Assembly: GCA_022072415.1 (NCBI GenBank)
Contig: JAJVHW010000063.1
Location: forward strand, 12,358-76,357
Reading direction: 5' to 3'
Length of the DNA: 64,000 nt
Origin: Planctomycetota bacterium
Lineage (GTDB): Bacteria > Planctomycetota > JAJSAM01 > JAJVHW01
The notes beneath the pieces were generated by a model. That model saw only the letters and a program-made list of their open reading frames with translations, was not told where the DNA came from and made no database searches. The number at the start of each line of letters is the position of its first letter. Positions within the stretch are counted from its first letter, which is position 1. Positions 40,303-49,700 of this stretch are shown one piece after another. Made by a program: the position numbers and the translations under genes.

Positions 40303-40678
40303 CGGATGAGAAGTCCTCGCTGCCTGTCTTCCGTCGCGGCAGAAGGCAGGTTCTACCCGAGGGACGCGTCGGCTGAGTGACGTCCCTTCGAGGTCGGCCG
40401 ACGGCCACGGCGGGCCTGTCCTCGACGCGGCAGACGTCGATCTCGCCGCCCGCGACGAGGTCCCCGGCGCCGGCTCGAACTCCGCCTGCGCGACCTGCCG
40501 GCCGGGACGTGCTGCGACCGGACGAGAAGAGCGTGGCACGGAGTGGTTGCCGAGGCGCCTGGAACCGAGCGGGGTGTGCGACGCGGCTGATGCGACGCGA
40601 CGCACGCTGCACACGGGGCGGTCCGAGGTGTAGAACCGGTGCGCACGTTGGACGCCGGAGATCTCCGGGAGGCGAGTC

Positions 40679-43600
40679 ATGAGCAAGGACCCCGCGAGGC
40701 AGATCGCCGAGAGCGCGCGGACGTTCACGGACCCGGCGGAGCGGGCGGCGTATCTCGACCGTGTGTGCCGCGGGATCGCGCGGCTGCGGGCGGACGTGGA
40801 GCGGCATCTGGCGGAGATGGACGCCGGGGGCGGGGGCGCGGCGGAGCCCGGGCCGGAACCGCCGGCGGACGAGCCGGTCGTCGCTCGACCCGCCGCGCCG
40901 CCCGTGACCGCGTCCGAGTCCGACACGACGGACAGCGCCCGCGACAGCGCGGCGGTCGACGTCGGCAACGAGAAGGCGGGGGACCGGATCGGGCGGTTCC
41001 TGCTCGTGAAGGAACTCGGCGAGGGCGGGTTCGGCACGGTGTGGAAGGCCGAGCAGGTGGAGCCGGTGAAGCGCACGGTGGCGCTGAAGATCATCAAGCT
41101 CGGGATGGACACCGAGCAGGTGGTCGCGCGCTTCGAGCAGGAGCGGCAGGCGCTCGCGCTGATGGACCACCCCAACGTGGCCCGCGTGATCGACGCGGGG
41201 GCGACGCGGACGGGGCGGCCGTACTTCGTGATGGACCTCGTCCAGGGCGTGCCGATCGGCGAGTTCTGCGATGCGGAGCGGCTGACCGTCGAGGCGCGGC
41301 TCGAGGTGTTCGCGCAAGTGTGCGCGGCGGTGCAGCACGCGCACATGAAGGGGATCATCCACCGCGATCTGAAGCCGTCGAACGTGCTCGTCACGAAGCG
41401 CGACGGGAAGCCGCACGCGACGGTGATCGACTTCGGCATCGCGAAGGCGACGTCGTCGAAGCTGACCGACAGGTCGCTCGTGACGGAGGCCTACCAGGTC
41501 ATCGGGACGCTCCAGTACATGAGCCCCGAGCAGTCGCAGGCGTCGCCGGACATCGACACGCGGACCGACGTGTACTCGCTCGGGATCATCCTCTACGAAC
41601 TGCTCACGGGGACGACGCCGTACGACACGGACACGTTCCAGCGGGCCGTGCTGTCGGACATCCTGCGGATGATCGGCGACGTCGATGCGCCTCCGCCGTC
41701 GGCGAAGATCACGGAGTCGCGCGATGCGCTGCCGTCGCTCGCGGACTCGCGGAGCATCGACGTGAAGCGCCTCGCGTCGTCGCTCCGCGGCGAGCTCGAC
41801 TGGATCGTGCTGAAGTCGATCGAGAAGGACCGCGCGCGGCGATACGAGTCGGCCGAAGCGTTCGCGGCGGACATCCGGCGGTACCTGGCGGGCGAGGAGG
41901 TGAGCGCGGCGCCGCCGAGCGCCACGTACAGGCTGCGGAAGTTCGTGCGGCGGAACAAGGGGCCCGTGGCGGCGGCGGCGGCGGTCGCGGCGGCGCTCGT
42001 GGCGGGGATCGTCGGCTTCGCGTGGCAGGCGGGAGTGGCGAAGCACGAGCGCGACGAGGCGGTGAAGGCGAGGAAGGCGGAGGAGGCGGAACGCAAGCGG
42101 GCGCAGGCGGTCGCCGACTTCATGGACTCGACCTTCAAGGGGCTCGACCCGAGCGCGGACGACGCGACGTCCGGGTCGCTCAAGGAACGGCTCGTCGCGC
42201 GGCTCGAGCAGATGTCCGGCGAGTTCTCGAAGCTCGACGCCGATCCGCTCGCCCGCGCGCGGATCGAGGAGACGTTCGGGAGCACGATGGCGGGGCTCGG
42301 CGCCGTCGAGAAGGCGGCTGCGGCGTACGAGGGCGCGCTCGCCATCCGAAGGCGCGTCCTCGGCGAGGAGGCGAACGAAACCGAGCAGACCGCGCTCTCG
42401 CTGGCGTTCATGCTTCGTCACGCGGGCCGGTTCGACGACGCGATGCAGCTCGTCACGGGCGTCCGCGACCGGCGTCTCGCGCGGGGGCCGCTCACCGACG
42501 ACCAGTGGATCGAGATCGACGAGGCGCTCGGCGTGATCCATGGATCCGCCGGACGCGCCGCGGACGCGACGCCGCACGTCGAGGCCGTCGTCCGGCGGCG
42601 CCAGGCGAAGGGCGGACCGGACACGGAGGAACTCCTCCTCGCGCTGCACAATCTCGGCGTCAACTACCGCGAGACCGGGAAGGTGGAAGACGCAGTCCGC
42701 GTGCTCGCCGACGCGCACGCCCGGCGGATCGCGCTCGGCGGCGAGGCGTCGGCGAACACCCTGCTCACCGCCAACAGCCTGGCCGTGGCGCTCGCGGCCG
42801 CCGGGAGGAGAGACGAATCGGCGAAGCTCTCGGAGTCCGTGCGCGACCGCGTCGCGCGGCGGTACCCGCCGGAGCATCCGCTCGCGCTCCACGCGAACTG
42901 CAACTACGCCGCGAGCCTCGTTGCGCTCGGCCGCGTCGACGACGCGGTCAAGCTCGTCGAGGAGCAGGTCGCGCGCGCGACGGCTCGCCACGGCTCCGAG
43001 GCGTCGGTGACGGTGCAGGTGCGGTGGGCGCTCGTCACCGTGTACGCGGAGGCGAAGCGCACGAAGGACGCGCTCGCGATCCTCGAGGAAATCGTTCCTC
43101 AGATGACGCGGGTCTGGGGCGCGGATCACGAGACCGTGCAGCGGGCGCGCGACGGTCTGCTGCGGTACAGCGTCGAGCACGGGCGCGACGAGCGGGCCCG
43201 CGCGATCCTCGAGTCGGAACTCGCGCGGCTCTCGGCCGACCCCGGGTCCGGCGGCGCGGACGGGAAGTCGGCCGTCCGGATCCGCGCGGAGCTCGCGCGG
43301 AACCTCGTCTACACGGGGAAGCCCGACGAGGCGTTGCGGAAGCTGACCGAGATGGCGCCGATCGTCGAGTCGGTCCTCGGACCGAAGGACTCGGCCTACT
43401 CGGCGGTCCTCCACGACATCGGTTGGGTCCACTTCACGGCGGAGCGGCCGAAGGAGGCGATCGAGGCGCTCGACCGCGCGTGGAAGGCGGCCGTCGCGGC
43501 CGCCGGGCCCGACTCCGAGGCCGCGATCCGGTCCCATCACGCGCTCGGCTCCGCGCACTGGCTCGCGCAGGACTTCCCGAAGGCGGTCGCGATCCTGTCC

Positions 43601-44653
43601 GAAGCGCTCGAGCGCGCCGCGCGCGGGCTCGGGAAGGACCACGAGGAGACGCTCCTGACTTCGCTCGACCTCGGAGTGAACCTGCTCATGACCGAGCGGA
43701 AGGAGGAGTTCCTCGCGCTCATGTCGGAGTGGCTGCCCCGCGCGTGGAGGGTCCTCGGGCACGGGAACGAGATGGTCGTGCAGGTGACCGACGCCTTCGG
43801 CGCCGCGAGCGCGGAGGCCGATCGGCACGCCGATGCCGCGGCCGCCATGGAGTTCCTCGCCGCGGCGACCGCCGCCCAGCTCGGACCCGACGCACCCGAC
43901 GCGCTCCGCCTCGGCGGGAACGCGGCTACGAGCTGGTGGAAGGCCGGGCGGCTCGACAAGTCGCTCCCCATGTTCGAGAGCCTGGTGCCGCGGTTCCGCA
44001 GGGAGCTGGGCGAGTCGTCGCCCGAGTTCCTGATGGCGCTCGCGAATCTCGGCGTGAACCTCCGCGACGCGAAGCGGGCCGAGGAGTCGCTCGCGGCGTT
44101 CGAAGAGGCGACGCGGCTGGCGAAGGCCGCAGGCCCGGAGGCGGCGAGCGTGGTGTCGTTCGCGACGGGCGAGTACGCGCGGACGCTCGTCCGGCTCGGC
44201 CGGAAGGACGAGGCGGTCGCGCTCATGCAGGACGTCGTCGCGGGCGTGCGGAAGCGCGCGCCTGCGGGCGGATTGGCCCTGTCGAACGAGTTCGGCGCCG
44301 TGGCGCCCGTCCTGATCGACGCCGAGATGTGGGAGGTCGCGGAGCCCGTCCTCCGCGAGATGGTCGCGATCCGCGAGAAGCTGGCGCCCGGGCTCTGGAA
44401 CCACTGGAACGCGCGGGCGCTGCTCGGCGAGGCGCTGATGGGGCAGAAGCGGTGGGCCGAGGCGGAGCCCTTCGTCGTCTCCGGTTACGAGGGGCTCGCC
44501 GCGCGCGAGAACGCGATCCCCGGCGCCGCCGCGCACTGGCTCCCCGCGGCGCGGGAGCGCGTCCTCCGGTTCTACGCCGCGTGGGACGCAGCCGAGCCCG
44601 GGAAGGGGCACGACGTGAAGCTCGCGGAGTGGAAGGCGAAGCTCGGGAAGTGA
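40679..44653 (+). CDS. Ser/Thr protein kinase with a TM segment and a very long TPR region
   Basis: Kinase motifs GEGGFGTVWKA, VALKIIK, HRDLKPSNVLV, DFGIAK, GTLQYMSPEQ. A TM segment (PVAAAAAVAAALVAGIVGFAW) is followed by ~850 aa of TPR-like repeats. GGGAGG lies 6 nt upstream of the ATG. Confidence 0.9.
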   Translation: MSKDPARQIAESARTFTDPAERAAYLDRVCRGIARLRADVERHLAEMDAGGGGAAEPGPEPPADEPVVARPAAPPVTASESDTTDSARDSAAVDVGNEKAGDRIGRFLLVKELGEGGFGTVWKAEQVEPVKRTVALKIIKLGMDTEQVVARFEQERQALALMDHPNVARVIDAGATRTGRPYFVMDLVQGVPIGEFCDAERLTVEARLEVFAQVCAAVQHAHMKGIIHRDLKPSNVLVTKRDGKPHATVIDFGIAKATSSKLTDRSLVTEAYQVIGTLQYMSPEQSQASPDIDTRTDVYSLGIILYELLTGTTPYDTDTFQRAVLSDILRMIGDVDAPPPSAKITESRDALPSLADSRSIDVKRLASSLRGELDWIVLKSIEKDRARRYESAEAFAADIRRYLAGEEVSAAPPSATYRLRKFVRRNKGPVAAAAAVAAALVAGIVGFAWQAGVAKHERDEAVKARKAEEAERKRAQAVADFMDSTFKGLDPSADDATSGSLKERLVARLEQMSGEFSKLDADPLARARIEETFGSTMAGLGAVEKAAAAYEGALAIRRRVLGEEANETEQTALSLAFMLRHAGRFDDAMQLVTGVRDRRLARGPLTDDQWIEIDEALGVIHGSAGRAADATPHVEAVVRRRQAKGGPDTEELLLALHNLGVNYRETGKVEDAVRVLADAHARRIALGGEASANTLLTANSLAVALAAAGRRDESAKLSESVRDRVARRYPPEHPLALHANCNYAASLVALGRVDDAVKLVEEQVARATARHGSEASVTVQVRWALVTVYAEAKRTKDALAILEEIVPQMTRVWGADHETVQRARDGLLRYSVEHGRDERARAILESELARLSADPGSGGADGKSAVRIRAELARNLVYTGKPDEALRKLTEMAPIVESVLGPKDSAYSAVLHDIGWVHFTAERPKEAIEALDRAWKAAVAAAGPDSEAAIRSHHALGSAHWLAQDFPKAVAILSEALERAARGLGKDHEETLLTSLDLGVNLLMTERKEEFLALMSEWLPRAWRVLGHGNEMVVQVTDAFGAASAEADRHADAAAAMEFLAAATAAQLGPDAPDALRLGGNAATSWWKAGRLDKSLPMFESLVPRFRRELGESSPEFLMALANLGVNLRDAKRAEESLAAFEEATRLAKAAGPEAASVVSFATGEYARTLVRLGRKDEAVALMQDVVAGVRKRAPAGGLALSNEFGAVAPVLIDAEMWEVAEPVLREMVAIREKLAPGLWNHWNARALLGEALMGQKRWAEAEPFVVSGYEGLAARENAIPGAAAHWLPAARERVLRFYAAWDAAEPGKGHDVKLAEWKAKLGK

Positions 44654-44714
44654 CGGCGCGGCCGGACTGCTGTTGACTCCGCCGCCGCCGCAGGCGGACC
44701 ATGGGCCCATCGCA

Positions 44715-44738
44715 TCCGCGCGGGGGGGCCCGCGCGGA
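44715..44738 (+). terminator. Perfect 10-bp GC hairpin (tccgcgcggg-gggg-cccgcgcgga). Either a terminator of the kinase gene or a 5'-UTR structure of the next gene.
   Basis: Read directly. It lies 62 nt after the kinase stop and ends 2 nt before the GGAAGGGAG Shine-Dalgarno sequence of the TrpB2 gene. No U-tract follows. Confidence 0.4.
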
Positions 44739-44754
44739 GCGGAAGGGAGCCGAC

Positions 44755-46125
44755 ATGGCCGCGCGGAACAACTTCATGCTCGACGAGAGCCGGGTGCCGA
44801 AGGCCTGGTACAACATCAACGCCGACATGCCCGTCGCGCGCGAGCCGGTGCTCCACCCGGGCACCATGAAGCCGGTGACGCCGGACTTCCTGAGCGTGAT
44901 GTTCCCCATGAGCATCCTGCAGCAGGAGATGTCGGCCGAGCGCTGGGTCGAGATCCCCGAGCCCGTGCGCGAGGCGTACCGCCTCTGGCGCCCGACGCCG
45001 CTGATCCGCGCGGTGCGCCTCGAGAAGGCGCTCGACACGCCGGCGCACATCTACTTCAAGTACGAGGGCGTGTCGCCCGTCGGGTCGCACAAGCCGAACA
45101 CCGCGGTCGCGCAGGTCTTCTTCAACAAGGAGGCCGGGTCGAAGGCGCTCGTCACCGAGACCGGCGCCGGCCAGTGGGGCTCCGCCATGGCGATGGCGTG
45201 CGCCTTCTACGACATGCCGTGCGAGATCTTCATGGTGAAGTGCAGCTTCGACCAGAAGCCGTACCGGCGCATGATCATCGAGAACTACGGAGCGACCGTG
45301 TACTCGAGCCCGACCGTCCGCACGTACGCCGGCCGCGCCGAACGCGAGCGGAATCCGGACTCGGACGGCGTGCTCGGGCTCGCGATCTCCGAGGCGATGG
45401 AGACCGTGGCCACGAGCGGCGGCCTGAAGAAGTACGCGCCGGGCTCGTGCCTCAACTACGTGCTGATGCACCAGACGGTGATCGGCATCGAGGCGCTCGA
45501 GCAGATGGAGATGGCCGGCGAGTACCCGGACATGGTGATCGGCTGCGCCGGAGGCGGGTCGAGCTTCGGCGGGATCGCGTACCCGTTCGTCCACCGCAAC
45601 CTGACGCAGGGGAAGAAGACGCGGATCATCGCGGTCGAGCCCGCGTCGTGCCCGTCGATGACGAAGGGCCGCTACGCCTTCGACTACGCCGACCTCGCGT
45701 GCAGCGGGCCCATCGTGAAGATGCACACGCTCGGGCACTCGTTCATCCCGCCGGGCATCCACGCGGGCGGGATGCGCTACCACGGCATGGCGCCGAGCGT
45801 CAGCGCGCTCGTCCACAACGGGGACATCGAGGCGCGGGCGGTCGGGGAGCTCGAGACGTTCGCCGCGGCGGTGCAGTTCGCGCGGACGCAGGGGATCATC
45901 CCGGCGCCGGAGAGCGCGCACGCGATCCGCGTGGCGATCGACGAGGCGCTCGAGTGCAAGCGGCGCGGGGAGAAGAAGGTGATCGTCTTCAACCTGACGG
46001 GCCACGGGCACTTCGACATGGAAGCGTACGACGACTACCACAACGGGCGGATCCACGAGACGGAGCTGTCGGACACGGACCTCCAGGCCGCGCTGGCGCA
46101 GTTGCCGCTCGTGCCGTCGGAGTAG
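44755..46125 (+). CDS. TrpB2-type tryptophan-synthase-beta-like PLP enzyme
   Basis: IYFKYEGVSPVGSHKPN (PLP lysine), TETGAGQWGSAMA, GCAGGGSSFGG. Length and N-terminus (NFMLDESRVPKAWYN) are typical of TrpB2. The start is at the second ATG, which has an SD. No trpA lies nearby. Confidence 0.9.
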   Translation: MAARNNFMLDESRVPKAWYNINADMPVAREPVLHPGTMKPVTPDFLSVMFPMSILQQEMSAERWVEIPEPVREAYRLWRPTPLIRAVRLEKALDTPAHIYFKYEGVSPVGSHKPNTAVAQVFFNKEAGSKALVTETGAGQWGSAMAMACAFYDMPCEIFMVKCSFDQKPYRRMIIENYGATVYSSPTVRTYAGRAERERNPDSDGVLGLAISEAMETVATSGGLKKYAPGSCLNYVLMHQTVIGIEALEQMEMAGEYPDMVIGCAGGGSSFGGIAYPFVHRNLTQGKKTRIIAVEPASCPSMTKGRYAFDYADLACSGPIVKMHTLGHSFIPPGIHAGGMRYHGMAPSVSALVHNGDIEARAVGELETFAAAVQFARTQGIIPAPESAHAIRVAIDEALECKRRGEKKVIVFNLTGHGHFDMEAYDDYHNGRIHETELSDTDLQAALAQLPLVPSE

Positions 46126-46143
46126 CGGACGGGACGAGAGCAT

Positions 46144-46180
46144 CCGGAGCGGACGGCGCGCTTCACGCCGTCCGCTCCGG
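46144..46180. terminator. Perfect 15-bp inverted repeat with a 7-nt loop between convergent genes, likely a bidirectional terminator
   Basis: ccggagcggacggcg (46144..46158), loop cgcttca, then cgccgtccgctccgg (46166..46180). It sits between stops at 46125 (+) and 46190 (-). No U-tract on either side. Confidence 0.6.
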
Positions 46181-46189
46181 CGGAGGAGA

Positions 46190-46654
46190 CTACTTCTTCT
46201 TCTTCGCCGGCTTCTTCGCCGCGGGCTTCTTCGTCGGCGTGTACTTCGGCGGCGTGATGTTGTTCCAGATGTCGCGGTAGACCTTCCACTCGCCGGTCGG
46301 CTGGCGGCGGTAGACGAGGATCCCCTTGCAGTTCCAGTGGATCGTCTTGCCCTTGCCGCTGCGCGGGATGTCCGTCGCGATGTCGTGCCCCTCGTCGAAG
46401 CCCCACTCGCCGCAGACGTGGTTCGCCTTGATGATCTTCGTCCAGTGGGTCTTGTACTCGGCGAAGTAGCCCGCGACGGCGGCGCGGAGCTGCTTCCAGC
46501 CCACGGTCTGCGGCGCGTCCGGCGGCATCTGCGCGGCCTCCGGGTCGTACATCGCCATCACGAGGTCGGTGTCGTTCGAGTTGATCGCCGCCTCGTACGC
46601 CTTGTGGGCGGCTTCGAGGCCGGGATCGAGGACCGGCTTCATCTTCTTCGCCAT
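46190..46654 (-). CDS. NTF2-like (SnoaL/DUF4440-type) protein with a Lys-rich C-terminal tail
   Basis: AINSNDTDLVMAMYDPEAAQMPPD ... GKTIHWNCKGILVYRRQPTGEWKVYRDIWN follows the NTF2-like pattern. The tail is PPKYTPTKKPAAKKPAKKKK. GGAGGG lies 7 nt upstream of the ATG. Confidence 0.65.
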   Translation of the reverse strand: MAKKMKPVLDPGLEAAHKAYEAAINSNDTDLVMAMYDPEAAQMPPDAPQTVGWKQLRAAVAGYFAEYKTHWTKIIKANHVCGEWGFDEGHDIATDIPRSGKGKTIHWNCKGILVYRRQPTGEWKVYRDIWNNITPPKYTPTKKPAAKKPAKKKK

Positions 46655-46724
46655 GAGAGAGACCCTCCGTTCTTGGGAAGGGAGGATGCTACGTGGGCCG
46701 CGAGCGGCGGCGGATGCCCAAAGT

Positions 46725-49700
46725 TCAGAGAGACGCGAGAAGCGACCGCGCCTCGGTCACGTCCTTCGTCCCCGCGCCCTCGGTGAACCACGCGCACACC
46801 GGCTCGAGCACCTCGCGGGCGCCCGCCGCGTCGCCGCGGTCCCGGAGCAGCTCCGCGAGCGTCGTGGCGGCGCGGAGCTCCCAGGACTTCGTCCCGTGCC
46901 GCCGCGCGGTGTCCACGGCCGCGCGGAGCTGCGCCTCGCCCTCGGCCGTCCGCCCCTGCCGCGAGAGCACCCAGCCCTTCAGCCGCAGGATCTCCGGGAG
47001 CCAGATCCGTTCCTGGTACGCCGGGCGCTCGATCTGCTCGAGGCACTCCTCGATGAGCCCCGCCGCGCCCGCGAGGTCGCCCTGCATGGCCGTCGCCTGC
47101 GCGAGCGCCGACTTCAGGAAGGGGACGCGCACGCGTCCGCCGACGCCCGTCCACGCGTCGATCGTGCGGCGCAGGTCCGCCGCCGCTTCGCGGACGCGCC
47201 CGGAGTGGAGCTTCTCGAACGCCGCGAGCTGCGGGATCGACACCTGGTACATGAAGGCGATGCCCTGGTCGCGCGCCATGCGGTCGAGGTCCTCGACGCG
47301 CTTGCGCAGCGGCTCCGCCTCGCGGCGGTACGCCCATGCGTAGGACCCGAACGTGAGCGACCAGACGAGGTTGAACGCGTGGCCGACCTTCCGCGCGTGC
47401 GCCTCCGCGCCGCGGCTGACCTCGAGCGCCGTGTCGGGGCGGCCCTCCATCCAGATCCACTGGTGCGAGTACACCTCGACGAAGTTCCGGAGGTCGTGGC
47501 CCGTGAGCCGGATCCACCGCTCGGCGCGCGACGCGTCGTAGAGCGAGAGCACGCGGTCGGCGTGCGCGCGCGCCTTCGGGAGGTCGGCGAGGAAGAAGTT
47601 CGACACCATCGCGGCCGCGGGGCCGAACAGGCGGAGGTCCGGATCGTCGGCCGCGGCGCACGCGGCGAGGAGCTCGTCCGCGTAGGGCTGCGAGTCGGCG
47701 ATGCGGCCCTGCGTGATCGTGTTGGTCCACATCCACCAGAGCCCGAGGATGTGCTGCTGCGCGTTGCCGCGTCCGCGGGCGAGCCGCAGGATCGCCTCGG
47801 TGTTGACGCCGATCTCCTGCGCCGCCCAACCGCGGAGCCCCGCGTGCGCCGCGTTGAGCTGCTCGCGGATCGAGAGCTCGAGCGCGTCGCGGTCGCCCGA
47901 GGGGGGCACCTGGCCGATCAGGCGGAGCGCCGCCGAGAGGTGGGCCACCGCTTCCTGCAGCGCGACGCGCGCGATCGCGAGGGTTCCCGCCTGCCGCCAG
48001 AGCGGGATCGCCGAGTCCACGTTCCCGGCCTGCGTGTGGTGGTGCGCGACGCGTTCGGGGCGCCCGGTGACCTGCGCCGCGAACGTCGTCTCGAGCGCGT
48101 GGGCGAGCTGCGCGTGGAGCTGCTGGCGGCGGCTCTTCAGGAGGAGGTCGTAGGCCGCGTCCTGCACCAGCGCGTGCTTGAAGGTGTAGACGGCGTCCGG
48201 CGCCTCGCCGCGGCGGGTGATGAGACCGGACTCGAGGAGCCGCGCGAGCCCCGCGTCGAGGTCGCCGCCGCGGAAGGACGACACCGCGGCGAGGAGGTCG
48301 TGCGGGAACTCGCGGCCGATGCACGCGCCGAGCTGCGCGATCTCCTTCACCGCGCCGAGGCGGTCGAGGCGGGCGGCGAGCGAGTCCTTGAGCGACGTGG
48401 GCACGGCCAGCGTCGGGAGCGGCGCGTCGAGCGTCCACCGCCCGTCCTTCAGCGAGAGGAGGCCCGACTCGAGCACGGACTTCGTGAGCTCCTCGACGAA
48501 GAGCGGCACGCCGTCGGTGTGCGACACGATGTGCGCGAGCACCTCGGGCGGCAGTTCGCGCCCGCCGGTCACGCCGGCCACGATCGCGGCGACGCTTCCC
48601 CTCTCGAGGCGCGAGAGCCCGATCGTGCTCACGTGCGACTGTCCGCTCCACGGGACCGCGTACTCGGGGCGGTGCGTCGCGAGCACCATCACCGGAAGGT
48701 CCCGGATGCGCGGCACGAGCGCGTCGAGGAGCTCCTGGCTCGTCGGGTCGAGCCAGTGGAGGTCCTCGAAGACGACGAGGACGGGTTCCGTGCGCGCGCG
48801 GCCGACGACCTGCGCGGCGAGCGCCTCGAGCGTGCGCTCCTTCCGCTTCTGCGGCGGGAGCTGGATCGGCGGATACCCGTCCGTCGGGAGCGAGAGGAGC
48901 GCGGCGAGGAACGGCGCCGCCGCGGCGACCTGGGCCGGAGTCCCGACGAGCGACGCCTCGAGCTTCGCGAGCCGCTGCGCGGGGGTGTCGTCGCGCGCGA
49001 AACCGGCCGCCGTCTCGCACTGCTCGACGAACGGGTAGAGCGCCGAGTGCAGGTGGTAGGGCGAGCACTGGTAGCGGAGCTCCGCGTGCGGCTCGACGAT
49101 ACGCTCGCGGAGCCCGTGGGACAGGCGCGACTTCCCGATCCCGGCCTCGCCGCCGACGCAGACGACCTGGCCCTCGCCGTCCTTCGCGCGGCGCCAGCGG
49201 TCGTGGAGGAGCGTGATCTCCTCCTCGCGGCCGATCATGCCTGCAAGGTCGCCTCCGGCCTGCGCCGCGTCGAACCGTCCGCCGGTGCGGCGGACTCCGT
49301 CCACGCGGAAGACGGACACCGGATCCGCGAACCCCTTCAGGCGGTGCTCGCCGAGGTCGGACAGCGCGAACGCGTTGCGGACGAGGCGCCGCGTGGAGGG
49401 GCCGATCACGACCTCGTCGGTCCCGGCGAGCGCCTGGAGCCGTGCGGCGAGGTTCGGCGCCTCGCCGACCGCGAGACGCGCCTCCGTGGTCCCGCCTTCG
49501 GACGCGTCGCCCACGACGACGGCGCCGGTGGCGAGCCCGATCCGCACCGCGAGCGGCCGTGCCGCGCGGATCGTCTTCACCGCCTGCACCATCTCGAGCG
49601 CCGCGCGCACGCCGCGCTCGGCGTTGTCCTCGTGCGCCGCCGGCCAGCCGAAGTAGACCATCAGCCCGTCGCCGAGGTACTGCGCGACGTGCCCGTCGTA

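Noticed and set aside
40303-40678. A 375-bp divergent spacer with two ~100-aa ORFs (40353..40646 -, 40377..40682 +) and an 8-bp hairpin (gagggacg...cgtcccttc, around 40360..40391)
   Set aside because: The ORFs are Arg/Pro-rich with no SD. The hairpin is short, and I could not match the region to any riboswitch or sRNA family by eye. It remains an unexplained long spacer.
39707-44710. A 1667-aa minus-strand ORF antisense to the TPR kinase gene, plus a 1345-aa plus-strand alternate frame (40639..44676)
   Set aside because: Both have extreme Arg/Pro/Gly/Asp composition and no motifs. The kinase frame (40679..44653) has clear Hanks-kinase and TPR signatures and saturated GC3. These are typical high-GC shadow ORFs.
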